This document shows positions 26,629 to 33,937 of a stretch of DNA of 33,937 nt, one piece after another. The first letter of the stretch is position 1, and each line of letters starts with the position of its first letter. The DNA comes from an uncultured Rikenellaceae bacterium (GTDB lineage Bacteria > Bacteroidota > Bacteroidia > Bacteroidales > VadinHA17): assembly GCA_964403185.1 (NCBI GenBank), contig CAYOFK010000006.1, positions 1 to 33,937 of the forward strand. Direction: 5' to 3'. The translations under genes were made by a program, and so were the position numbers. The notes beneath the pieces are model-generated. The model made no database searches, had not been told where the DNA came from, and worked only from the letters and a program-made list of their open reading frames with translations.

Positions 26629-27641
26629 TGGGAAAAATTAAAGCTGCAATTACAGGCATTCATGCCTGGCTCCCCGAATACAGGCTGACCAATGATGAGC
26701 TGGCCACTATGGTAGACACTTCTGATGAATGGATTATGCAACGCATTGGCATAAAAGAACGCCGTATCCTGAAAAAACCTGACACCGGCTCCTCCTACAT
26801 GGGGGCAAAGGCCGTTAAGGGATTGCTTGAAAAAACAGGAACCAGCCCTGAAGAGGTTGACCTTGTCATTGCCACAGGAGTGACCCCCGACATGGTGTTT
26901 CCAGCCAATGCAAATGTCATCGCTGATAAGGTGGGAATTAAAAACGGCTTTGGCTTTGACGTCAATGCGGCATGTTCCGGATTAATATACACTTTGCAGA
27001 CGGCTGCACTTTATGTAGAATCAGGAAACTATAAAAAAGTTATTGTGGTGGGCACGGATAAGATGTCAGCCATTACGGATTATACCGACAGGACCACATG
27101 CCCGCTGTTTGGAGATGCCGGAACAGCCTTATTACTGGAGCCTGCAACCGGAGATGTCGGTATCATCGATCACAAGTTTTATACTGATGGTCTGGGGCGG
27201 CACCACCTGCACATGAAAGCCGGGGGATCTAAACGACCCGCTTCGATCGAAACAGTGAAGAACCGTGAACATTTTGTATTTCAGGAAGGACAGGCAGTGT
27301 TTAAATTTGCGGTCACAAAAATGGCGGACGTATCAGTTGAACTTATGGAAAAACACCATCTCACCGGAGATGACCTGGCATATCTGGTACCACACCAGGC
27401 CAACATGAGGATCATTGATGCTACAGCACGGCGGATGAATCTGCCCAGGGATAAGGTCATGATCAATATTGAACGTTATGGCAATACCACCTCTGCAACC
27501 ATACCACTCTGCCTGTGGGAATGGGAAGATAAATTGAAAAAAGGGGATAATGTGATCCTTACTGCCTTTGGCGGTGGTTTTACCTGGGGGGCAGTGTACC
27601 TGAAATGGGCCTATGACGGAGCTGCAGTGAAGAAAATTTGA
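26625..27641 (+). CDS. fabH: Beta-ketoacyl-ACP synthase III
   Basis: DTSDEWI, AACSG (catalytic Cys), [23 protein letters not shown]. Confidence 0.96.
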   Translation: MMGKIKAAITGIHAWLPEYRLTNDELATMVDTSDEWIMQRIGIKERRILKKPDTGSSYMGAKAVKGLLEKTGTSPEEVDLVIATGVTPDMVFPANANVIADKVGIKNGFGFDVNAACSGLIYTLQTAALYVESGNYKKVIVVGTDKMSAITDYTDRTTCPLFGDAGTALLLEPATGDVGIIDHKFYTDGLGRHHLHMKAGGSKRPASIETVKNREHFVFQEGQAVFKFAVTKMADVSVELMEKHHLTGDDLAYLVPHQANMRIIDATARRMNLPRDKVMINIERYGNTTSATIPLCLWEWEDKLKKGDNVILTAFGGGFTWGAVYLKWAYDGAAVKKI

Positions 27642-27735
27642 TTTCCTTCACCCCCTGAACAATAAAAATCCCCGTGGTTCTGTTTCTCAAATGGTTAGAA
27701 ATATCCGGGATTAGACGAATTGAGACCAGAATTTA

Positions 27736-27743
27736 TATCTTTG
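27736..27743 (+). promoter_or_regulatory. Bacteroidota -7 box (TATCTTTG) for the bactofilin-atp operon
   Basis: Exact TAnnTTTG followed by CA, about 40 nt upstream of ATG 27783. Confidence 0.65.
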
Positions 27744-27782
27744 CATTTTGTTAACATAGTGAAATTCAAAAAATAACGAGAC

Positions 27783-28214
27783 ATGGCCATGGCAAAAAAT
27801 AATGAGAATGGAAACAACGTCATCAACATGATTGGCGTTGGCACCGAAATTACAGGTGATGTGAATTCCAATGGCGATATAAGAATTGATGGCAACCTTA
27901 CGGGAAACCTGTATACAAAAGGAAAAGTGGTGATTGGTGAATCGGGGAAAGTCAAAGGTGAAATATTTTGCAAAAATGCCGACCTCGAAGGTGTTATTGA
28001 AGGTAAGATAAACGTTACGCAGCTTCTTTCACTTAAAGCATCTGCAAAAGTGAACGGCGACATCAATACCAGCAAATTGGCCATTGAACCCGGTTCACGA
28101 TTTACCGGAAATTGTTCCATGAGTGATGATGTTATCTCTTCAAAAGAAGCAAGCCAGGAATTCAAAATCAACCGCGAAACAGCCCAGGAACCAGCAACCA
28201 AAGCAATTAAGTAG
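27783..28214 (+). CDS. Bactofilin (polymer-forming cytoskeletal protein)
   Basis: Beta-solenoid repeats IGVGTEITGDV...IRIDGNLTGNL...VIGESGKVKGEI...LAIEPGSRFTGNC. Confidence 0.93.
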   Translation: MAMAKNNENGNNVINMIGVGTEITGDVNSNGDIRIDGNLTGNLYTKGKVVIGESGKVKGEIFCKNADLEGVIEGKINVTQLLSLKASAKVNGDINTSKLAIEPGSRFTGNCSMSDDVISSKEASQEFKINRETAQEPATKAIK

Positions 28215-28395
28215 CTGGGCACGTTATTCCGGTATGGGTTTTCAGATGGGCGTGATCATCTTTGCCGGTGTGTTTGGCGGCATCAAACTTGATGAGAAAT
28301 TGAATTTTGAGTTCCCGTTATGTACCCTTGTATTATCCCTTTTTGGTGTTGGTGCTGCATTGTATGTTGTGCTTAAGGACTTCATTAATAAATAA
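28123..28395 (+). CDS. AtpZ/AtpI-family small membrane protein
   Basis: RYSGMGFQMGVIIFAGVFGGIKLD...LSLFGVGAALY, two TMs, upstream of atpB. Start uncertain; overlaps the bactofilin gene. Confidence 0.8.
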   Translation: MMMLSLQKKQARNSKSTAKQPRNQQPKQLSSWARYSGMGFQMGVIIFAGVFGGIKLDEKLNFEFPLCTLVLSLFGVGAALYVVLKDFINK

Positions 28396-28779
28396 ATGCC
28401 CAATATTAAAACACTCCTCTGTCTCATTCCTATGTATGTTCTCCTGCTGATTGCGGGAGGGATACTGATCCCTGGCTTCCTGACCGGACTGACCCGGGCG
28501 CATTATTTCATTACTTTAAGCTATGTTTTTCTGGTTAGCGAAGGATTGCTTTTTCTGTTTTTCAGAGGACTGCACAAATCCCGCCAAAAGGCGGTTCTCA
28601 ACACCTTCCTTACTATTTCCATCAAATTTATTTTGTACCTGGTATTTATCATTACCTATTATCTGCTCACAAAAAATTTTACAACGGCATACTTAATTGT
28701 ATTTTTTGTCCTATATTTAGCATTCACTTCATTCGTCCTGATTGTGATGGTTAAGTCCCTAAAGACAAAGCATTTATAA
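28396..28779 (+). CDS. Four-TM membrane protein, AtpI-like position
   Basis: Four hydrophobic segments, KFILYL motif, located directly before atpB. Confidence 0.75.
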   Translation: MPNIKTLLCLIPMYVLLLIAGGILIPGFLTGLTRAHYFITLSYVFLVSEGLLFLFFRGLHKSRQKAVLNTFLTISIKFILYLVFIITYYLLTKNFTTAYLIVFFVLYLAFTSFVLIVMVKSLKTKHL

Positions 28780-28791
28780 CTAAATAAAAAC

Positions 28792-29829
28792 GTGAGAAAA
28801 ATCACATTCAGCATCCTTGCCGGCCTTGCTTTTATCGGGTTATCAACAGGGATGTTGTATGCTTCAGAAACCGGGGAAGGAGATAGCGGGGAAGAAAAAC
28901 CATTTGACATCACAGAATTTGTTCTTGGTCACATAGCCGATGCCCACTATTTTCATATTCTCACTTTAAAGAATGGCCACCATGTGGCCATGCCCCTGCC
29001 GGTACTACTTTACAGTAAATATTCCGGATTTCACATATTCATGTCTACAAAACTTACCCATGAGCCCGAATACCTCGGGTTTTCACTCGAAGAAGGGAAA
29101 ATAGCAGAGCATGCCGTTGCGGAAGAAACCTACTATCCTCTGGATTTTTCAATTACACGAAACGTCTTTTCATTGTTACTGACCTCAGTATTGATCCTGT
29201 GGATCTTTATTTCACTGGGACGTTCCTATGCAAAAACCGGCATTTCTGAACCAAAAGGCGTACAGGGATTTATTGAACCGCTGATCTTGTTCGTCCGTGA
29301 CGACATCGCAAAAATCACCATTGGAGAGGAAAAACATGAACGTTTCATGCCATATCTCCTGACGGCTTTTTTCTTTATCCTGATCAATAACCTGATTGGT
29401 ATTATTCAGGTATTTCCCTTTGGATCTAATGTTACCGGAAATATAGCAGTGACCCTTGTGCTGGCTTTTTTTACATTTATCATTACGCATTTCAGTGCAA
29501 ATAAAGGCTACTGGAAACACCTCGTTGCCATGCCCGGTGTTCCGGTATGGTTGTATCCGGTTATGATTCCCGTTGAGATCATTGGCGTTTTTTCAAAACC
29601 CTTCGCGCTGATGGTCCGGCTTTTTGCAAACATCACCGCAGGACACATCATCATCCTGTCGCTGATCTCAATGATATTTCTGTTTAAATCCATATTCATT
29701 GCCCCGGCATCCCTGGTATTTGTATTGTTTATGAATGTGATTGAATTGCTGGTAGCCTTTCTTCAGGCTTATGTATTTACATTGTTATCAGCACTGTTTA
29801 TCGGATTGGCTGTTCAGGACCATCAATAA
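28792..29829 (+). CDS. atpB: F0F1 ATP synthase subunit a
   Basis: FFFILINNLIG, TGNIAVT, PFALMVRLFANITAGH, LQAYVFTLL. GTG start. Confidence 0.97.
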   Translation: MRKITFSILAGLAFIGLSTGMLYASETGEGDSGEEKPFDITEFVLGHIADAHYFHILTLKNGHHVAMPLPVLLYSKYSGFHIFMSTKLTHEPEYLGFSLEEGKIAEHAVAEETYYPLDFSITRNVFSLLLTSVLILWIFISLGRSYAKTGISEPKGVQGFIEPLILFVRDDIAKITIGEEKHERFMPYLLTAFFFILINNLIGIIQVFPFGSNVTGNIAVTLVLAFFTFIITHFSANKGYWKHLVAMPGVPVWLYPVMIPVEIIGVFSKPFALMVRLFANITAGHIIILSLISMIFLFKSIFIAPASLVFVLFMNVIELLVAFLQAYVFTLLSALFIGLAVQDHQ

Positions 29830-29879
29830 TGAAATTGTTTGATTTAATGCATCATATTGTTTAATTAAATTCTTAACAC

Positions 29880-30086
29880 ATGACTGGAACATTAGCAGGA
29901 GTAGGAGCAGGATTGGCAGTGATCGGGGCCGGTTTGGGAATTGGCAGGATTGGAGGCCAGGCGATGGATGCCATCGCAAGGCAACCTGAAGCTTTTTCCA
30001 TGATCCAAACCGCCATGATCATTTCTGCCGCTCTTATTGAAGGTGTGGCATTATTTGCCGTTGTTGTCGCATTGATTAGTAAATAA
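29880..30086 (+). CDS. atpE: F0F1 ATP synthase subunit c
   Basis: GAGLGIG, ARQPE loop, conserved Glu in ALIEGVALF. Confidence 0.98.
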   Translation: MTGTLAGVGAGLAVIGAGLGIGRIGGQAMDAIARQPEAFSMIQTAMIISAALIEGVALFAVVVALISK

Positions 30087-30094
30087 AAAACCAT

Positions 30095-30129
30095 TGGCCG
30101 TAACGGTTGGTTACGGCCAGGTTTTTTTT
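30095..30129 (+). terminator. Intra-operon hairpin plus U-tract after atpE
   Basis: TGGCCGTAAC-GGTTG-GTTACGGCCA (10-bp stem), then GG and T8. Confidence 0.75.
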
Positions 30130-30150
30130 AATTATTAAAATTTTACAATT

Positions 30151-30645
30151 ATGGATCTTGTTACTCCGGGAATAGGCTTGATCTTTTGGTCCACTCTCAC
30201 ATTCCTGCTGTTGCTCATTCTGTTGAGGAAATATGCATGGAATCCTGTGTTAAAAGCAGTGAAATCCAGGGAAGAACGGATTAAAGGCGCACTTGAATCA
30301 GCCGAAGAGGCAAAAAAGGAAATGGAACGGTTAAAAGCGGATAATGAAGTCATCATCAGGGAGGCAATGGATGAACGCAACAAGCTGTTGCAGAATGCAC
30401 GGGGGATGAAAGAAAAAATTGTTGAAGATGCTAAAGTTCTGGCTATTGAGGAATCCAAAAAGATCCTTGAGTCGGCCAGAGCAAAAATTGTAAGTGAAAA
30501 AGAAGCCGCCATTTCAGAGATCAGAAAACAGGTAGCTGAATTATCTGTGAAAATTGCTGAAAAGATACTGAAAGAAGAACTTAAAGACACCAGAGACCAT
30601 AAAAGGCTGATCAAAAGTTATATGGATGATATCTATCTGAATTAG
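30151..30645 (+). CDS. atpF: F0F1 ATP synthase subunit b
   Basis: PGIGLIFW, one TM, KYAWNPVL...REERI, coiled coil. Confidence 0.96.
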   Translation: MDLVTPGIGLIFWSTLTFLLLLILLRKYAWNPVLKAVKSREERIKGALESAEEAKKEMERLKADNEVIIREAMDERNKLLQNARGMKEKIVEDAKVLAIEESKKILESARAKIVSEKEAAISEIRKQVAELSVKIAEKILKEELKDTRDHKRLIKSYMDDIYLN

Positions 30646-30658
30646 GAAACCGGACAGT

Positions 30659-31195
30659 ATGAACACGGGAAAAATATCGGTCAGGTATGCCAGGGCATTG
30701 TTTCATCTGGCCCGGGAGAAAGGAATCCTTAAAAAGGTTTCCGGGGACATGCAAATGGTGTTCACAGCCATCAGGGAACATATTGAATTCAGGAATTTCC
30801 TGGACATCCCCATCATTCCCGATTCGGAAAAAAAGAAGATCATTCACAGCATATTCAAAAACAATGTAGATCCTGTTACATTGAGTTTTCTCGACCTGAT
30901 TGTTAAGAATAACAGGCTGTCCTTCCTGGAAGGCACGGCCAGGCAATTTGCCGGCCTGTATAAAAAGCACGAAGGCATCACTGAAGCGGTGATCACAACC
31001 GTTGCCCCTGTTGATGAGGAAATCCGAAAAAAAATACAGGAACTTATTAAAAGAAAAACCTCTGATGTGATTGTTCTGGATGAAGTGCAGGACCCTGAGA
31101 TCATCGGCGGTTTTATTTTAAAGGTGGAAGATAAAATGATTGATGCCAGCGTTTCGACACGGTTGGCAAGTATTCGTAAGGAATTAAGAAAATGA
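30659..31195 (+). CDS. atpH: F1 ATP synthase subunit delta
   Basis: RYARALF; DPEIIGGFILKVEDKMIDASV. Confidence 0.96.
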   Translation: MNTGKISVRYARALFHLAREKGILKKVSGDMQMVFTAIREHIEFRNFLDIPIIPDSEKKKIIHSIFKNNVDPVTLSFLDLIVKNNRLSFLEGTARQFAGLYKKHEGITEAVITTVAPVDEEIRKKIQELIKRKTSDVIVLDEVQDPEIIGGFILKVEDKMIDASVSTRLASIRKELRK

Positions 31196-31233
31196 ATTTT
31201 TTCAGGGATAATTTATTAAAAAACAACTAAAAT

Positions 31234-32817
31234 ATGGCGAATATCAAACCTTCAGAAGTTTCTGAGATTCTGAAAAAACAGCTTGAGGGAGTTACCACTG
31301 AAATAGAAATGGAAGAAGTGGGTGCCGTTTTGCAGGTGGGAGATGGTATTGCCAGGATATATGGCCTGTCGAATGTACAGGCCAATGAACTGGTAGAATT
31401 TCAAAACGGTGTTCAGGGCATTGTTCAAAACCTTGAGGAAGATAATGTGGGCGCCGTTTTGTTCGGACCATCCGAAGGCATAAAGGAAGGCGATACGGTG
31501 AAACGTACCAGGAAGATTTCTTCCATCCTGGTTGGAGAGGGTCTGTTGGGACGGGTAATCAATCCCCTGGGACAACCAATTGATGGCAGGGGAGATATTA
31601 CGGGTAAGAAATATGAGATGCCTTTCGAAAGGAAAGCACCCGGTGTTATCTTCAGGCAGCCTGTTAAAAAACCGGTGCAAACAGGAATTAAGGCCATCGA
31701 TGCCATGATCCCTATAGGACGTGGCCAGAGAGAATTGATCATTGGGGACCGTCAGACCGGGAAAACAGCCATCGCCATTGATACCATCATTAACCAGCGC
31801 GCAAACTTTGAGCAGGGAAAACCATTGTACTGCATTTATGTAGCCATTGGCCAAAAAGGATCTACGGTGGCCAATATTGCAAAGGTGCTGGAAGAACATA
31901 AAGCAATGGATTATACCACCATTGTATTGGCTACTGCATCAGATCCGGCGGCACTTCAATATTATGCGCCGTTTTCAGGTTGTGCCATCGGTGAATTTTT
32001 CAGGGATACCGGCAGGGATGCCCTGATCATTTATGACGACCTTTCAAAACAAGCCGTGTCCTACCGTGAGGTTTCACTGCTGCTCAGAAGACCCCCGGGA
32101 CGGGAAGCCTATCCGGGAGATGTATTTTACCTGCATTCCAGACTCTTGGAGCGTGCCGCTAAAGTAATAGAGTCGGATGAGGTAGCTAATAAGATGAACG
32201 ACATTCCCCCGTCTATTAAAGATATTGTTAAAGGTGGCGGATCCTTAACTGCATTGCCCATTATTGAAACCCAGGCCGGTGACGTGTCTGCCTATATTCC
32301 TACCAATGTGATCTCCATTACCGATGGACAGATCTTCCTGGAAGCCGACCTGTTTAATGCCGGTGTACGTCCGGCTGTCAATGTAGGGATCTCCGTTTCA
32401 CGCGTGGGCGGAAATGCACAGATCAAATCTATGAAAAAAGTGGCCGGCACACTCAAACTTGATCAGGCACAGTACCGGGAGCTGGAAGCTTTTACAAAAT
32501 TTGGTTCCGACCTGGATGCATCCACCATGGCAACTTTGGATAAGGGTGCTAAAAATGTGGAGATCCTGAAACAGGGCCAATATACACCAGTCCCCATTGA
32601 AAAACAGATTGCTATAATTTATGCCGGAACCAAAGGCCTGTTAAAAGATGTTCCGGTACAAAAAGTTAAGGAATTTGAAGCCGAATTTTTAGAGCTTATG
32701 GAAGTTGAGCAGAAAAAAGTTCTGGAAAACCTTCGGAATGGAAATCTTTCGGAAGAAGACGAAAATATCCTGAAAGACGCTGCACGGGATATCGCTTCAA
32801 AATTTAAAACCGGGTAG
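31234..32817 (+). CDS. atpA: F1 ATP synthase subunit alpha
   Basis: [46 protein letters not shown]. Confidence 0.99.
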   Translation: MANIKPSEVSEILKKQLEGVTTEIEMEEVGAVLQVGDGIARIYGLSNVQANELVEFQNGVQGIVQNLEEDNVGAVLFGPSEGIKEGDTVKRTRKISSILVGEGLLGRVINPLGQPIDGRGDITGKKYEMPFERKAPGVIFRQPVKKPVQTGIKAIDAMIPIGRGQRELIIGDRQTGKTAIAIDTIINQRANFEQGKPLYCIYVAIGQKGSTVANIAKVLEEHKAMDYTTIVLATASDPAALQYYAPFSGCAIGEFFRDTGRDALIIYDDLSKQAVSYREVSLLLRRPPGREAYPGDVFYLHSRLLERAAKVIESDEVANKMNDIPPSIKDIVKGGGSLTALPIIETQAGDVSAYIPTNVISITDGQIFLEADLFNAGVRPAVNVGISVSRVGGNAQIKSMKKVAGTLKLDQAQYRELEAFTKFGSDLDASTMATLDKGAKNVEILKQGQYTPVPIEKQIAIIYAGTKGLLKDVPVQKVKEFEAEFLELMEVEQKKVLENLRNGNLSEEDENILKDAARDIASKFKTG

Positions 32818-32847
32818 AAACCAGGCATGTTCTGATATTTTATTAAT

Positions 32848-33723
32848 ATGACAGGTCTTAAAGAAATACGGACACGCATAGCTTCTGTAAAATCCACACG
32901 GAAGATCACCTCTGCCATGAAAATGGTTGCGGCCGCAAGGCTTCGGAAAACCCAGGATCGCATCATACAATTGCGCCCCTACACAAGCAAGCTGGATGAG
33001 ATCCTGAAGGGACTGCAATATGCCCTTGAAGGAAACACCCAACACCCTCTAATTGAAGACCGTAACCCGGATAAGGTCCTTCTGGTTTTGCTGACTTCCA
33101 ACCGCGGATTATGCGGAGGTTTTAATGCCAATGCCATGAAACATGCAGTGAACCTGGCACAAACGACCTATACATCGCAGTTAAAAGCAGGGAATTTGTT
33201 TTTTTACTGCATTGGCAGAAAAGGAAATGAGTATCTGGAATTCAAAGGCTACCAGATTTATAAAAATAATAATGAGATCTACGACAACCTGAATTTCCAG
33301 GCAACCGGCGCCATTTCCGAAGAATTAATGGAAAAGTTCACTGAAGGGGAATTCGACAGGATCGATTTTATTTATAATCAGTTTAAGAATGCTGTTGTAC
33401 AAAACCTGACCATCGAGACCTTCCTTCCTTTAAAATTTGAAACTGCAGAACCAAAAGGAAGAAATTTTAATTATATTTTTGAGCCGGATGCAGACTATCT
33501 GATCAGAAAGCTGATCCCAAGGACCCTGAAGATAAAAGTGTTTAAGATCATACTGGACTCTTATACTTCTGAACAAGGAGCCCGGATGACAGCCATGCAT
33601 CAGGCCACTGACAATGCTTCGGATCTTATAAGGGAGCTCACACTGCATTATAATAAAGCCCGCCAGGCTGCCATTACAAAAGAACTGCTGGATATTGTTG
33701 GTGGTGCCGAAGCATTGAGGTGA
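32848..33723 (+). CDS. atpG: F1 ATP synthase subunit gamma
   Basis: KITSAMKMVAAA, RGLCGGFN, ARMTAMHQATDNA, YNKARQAAITKE. Confidence 0.99.
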   Translation: MTGLKEIRTRIASVKSTRKITSAMKMVAAARLRKTQDRIIQLRPYTSKLDEILKGLQYALEGNTQHPLIEDRNPDKVLLVLLTSNRGLCGGFNANAMKHAVNLAQTTYTSQLKAGNLFFYCIGRKGNEYLEFKGYQIYKNNNEIYDNLNFQATGAISEELMEKFTEGEFDRIDFIYNQFKNAVVQNLTIETFLPLKFETAEPKGRNFNYIFEPDADYLIRKLIPRTLKIKVFKIILDSYTSEQGARMTAMHQATDNASDLIRELTLHYNKARQAAITKELLDIVGGAEALR

Positions 33724-33913
33724 AAACAGTAAACCACCCCTTTCATCTTCGTGATTGTTTTCCTCCAATCCTGAAAAGGATGAAACCTGAATAATCGACT
33801 TACAAAGTCGATCTACAGTGCCTTCCGGTTTTGTCACAGATTTTGCAATCCATCACACAATCCCAGCACCAGGCAAAATCGGCGCCAAAACCTTCTTACT
33901 GTCGATCCCAAAA

Positions 33914-33937
33914 CCGTGGGCTGACGCCCACGGCTAT
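33914..33937 (-). repeat. REP-like hairpin at the window edge
   Basis: Minus strand reads ATAG-CCGTGGGC-GTCA-GCCCACGG: a tetranucleotide foot and a perfect 8-bp GC-rich stem. Confidence 0.6.

Noticed and set aside
31252-31899. 215-aa minus-strand ORF, and the other short antisense or alternate-frame ORFs in the track
   Set aside because: Fully nested in well-supported genes and show no recognisable protein features.
33430-33837. 135-aa minus-strand ORF overlapping the atpG 3' end
   Set aside because: Mostly antisense to atpG; no motif or promoter support.
33812-33838. TGTGACAAAA (minus strand) as an ECF promoter
   Set aside because: No CGTC -10 at the right spacing and no credible downstream gene.
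1-33937. CRISPR arrays, rRNA, tRNA, prophage, transposase or defence genes
   Set aside because: None seen. Intergenic gaps are all under about 240 bp and lack cloverleaf or repeat-spacer structure.

Overview
Mostly core-genome DNA from a Bacteroidota bacterium, probably Bacteroidales. The evidence is TAnnTTTG -7 promoter boxes, A-rich leaders that mostly lack Shine-Dalgarno motifs, and a Bacteroidota-type atp operon with no atpD/atpC in the window. Left to right it holds: a GMC/cholesterol-oxidase-like flavoprotein, xth, rsgA, a hybrid histidine kinase, mnmH and an unknown protein. Next comes a minus-strand run: U32 protein, orphan HK, AsmA-like protein, pepE, TPR-PP2C, an unknown lipoprotein, a degenerate MoeB/ThiF, and an ECF sigma/anti-sigma/beta-barrel triad. 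The right part holds a 979-aa CPA1 Na+/H+ antiporter with a cyclic-nucleotide-binding domain, yceD-rpmF-plsX-fabH, and bactofilin-atpZ-orf-atpBEFHAG. I saw no CRISPR array, rRNA, tRNA or transposase. The best candidates for new biology are four. (1) A bacterial SOS1/SLC9C-like exchanger with an intact cNMP phosphate-binding cassette. (2) An ECF/anti-sigma/small beta-barrel module with no TonB-dependent receptor, carrying two matching promoters (TGTAACAAAAT-N12-CGTC). (3) An mnmH/unknown duplicated-domain protein/U32 neighbourhood. (4) Several small REP/IS-end-like palindromes. All family calls come from recognising motifs by eye; no searches were run.
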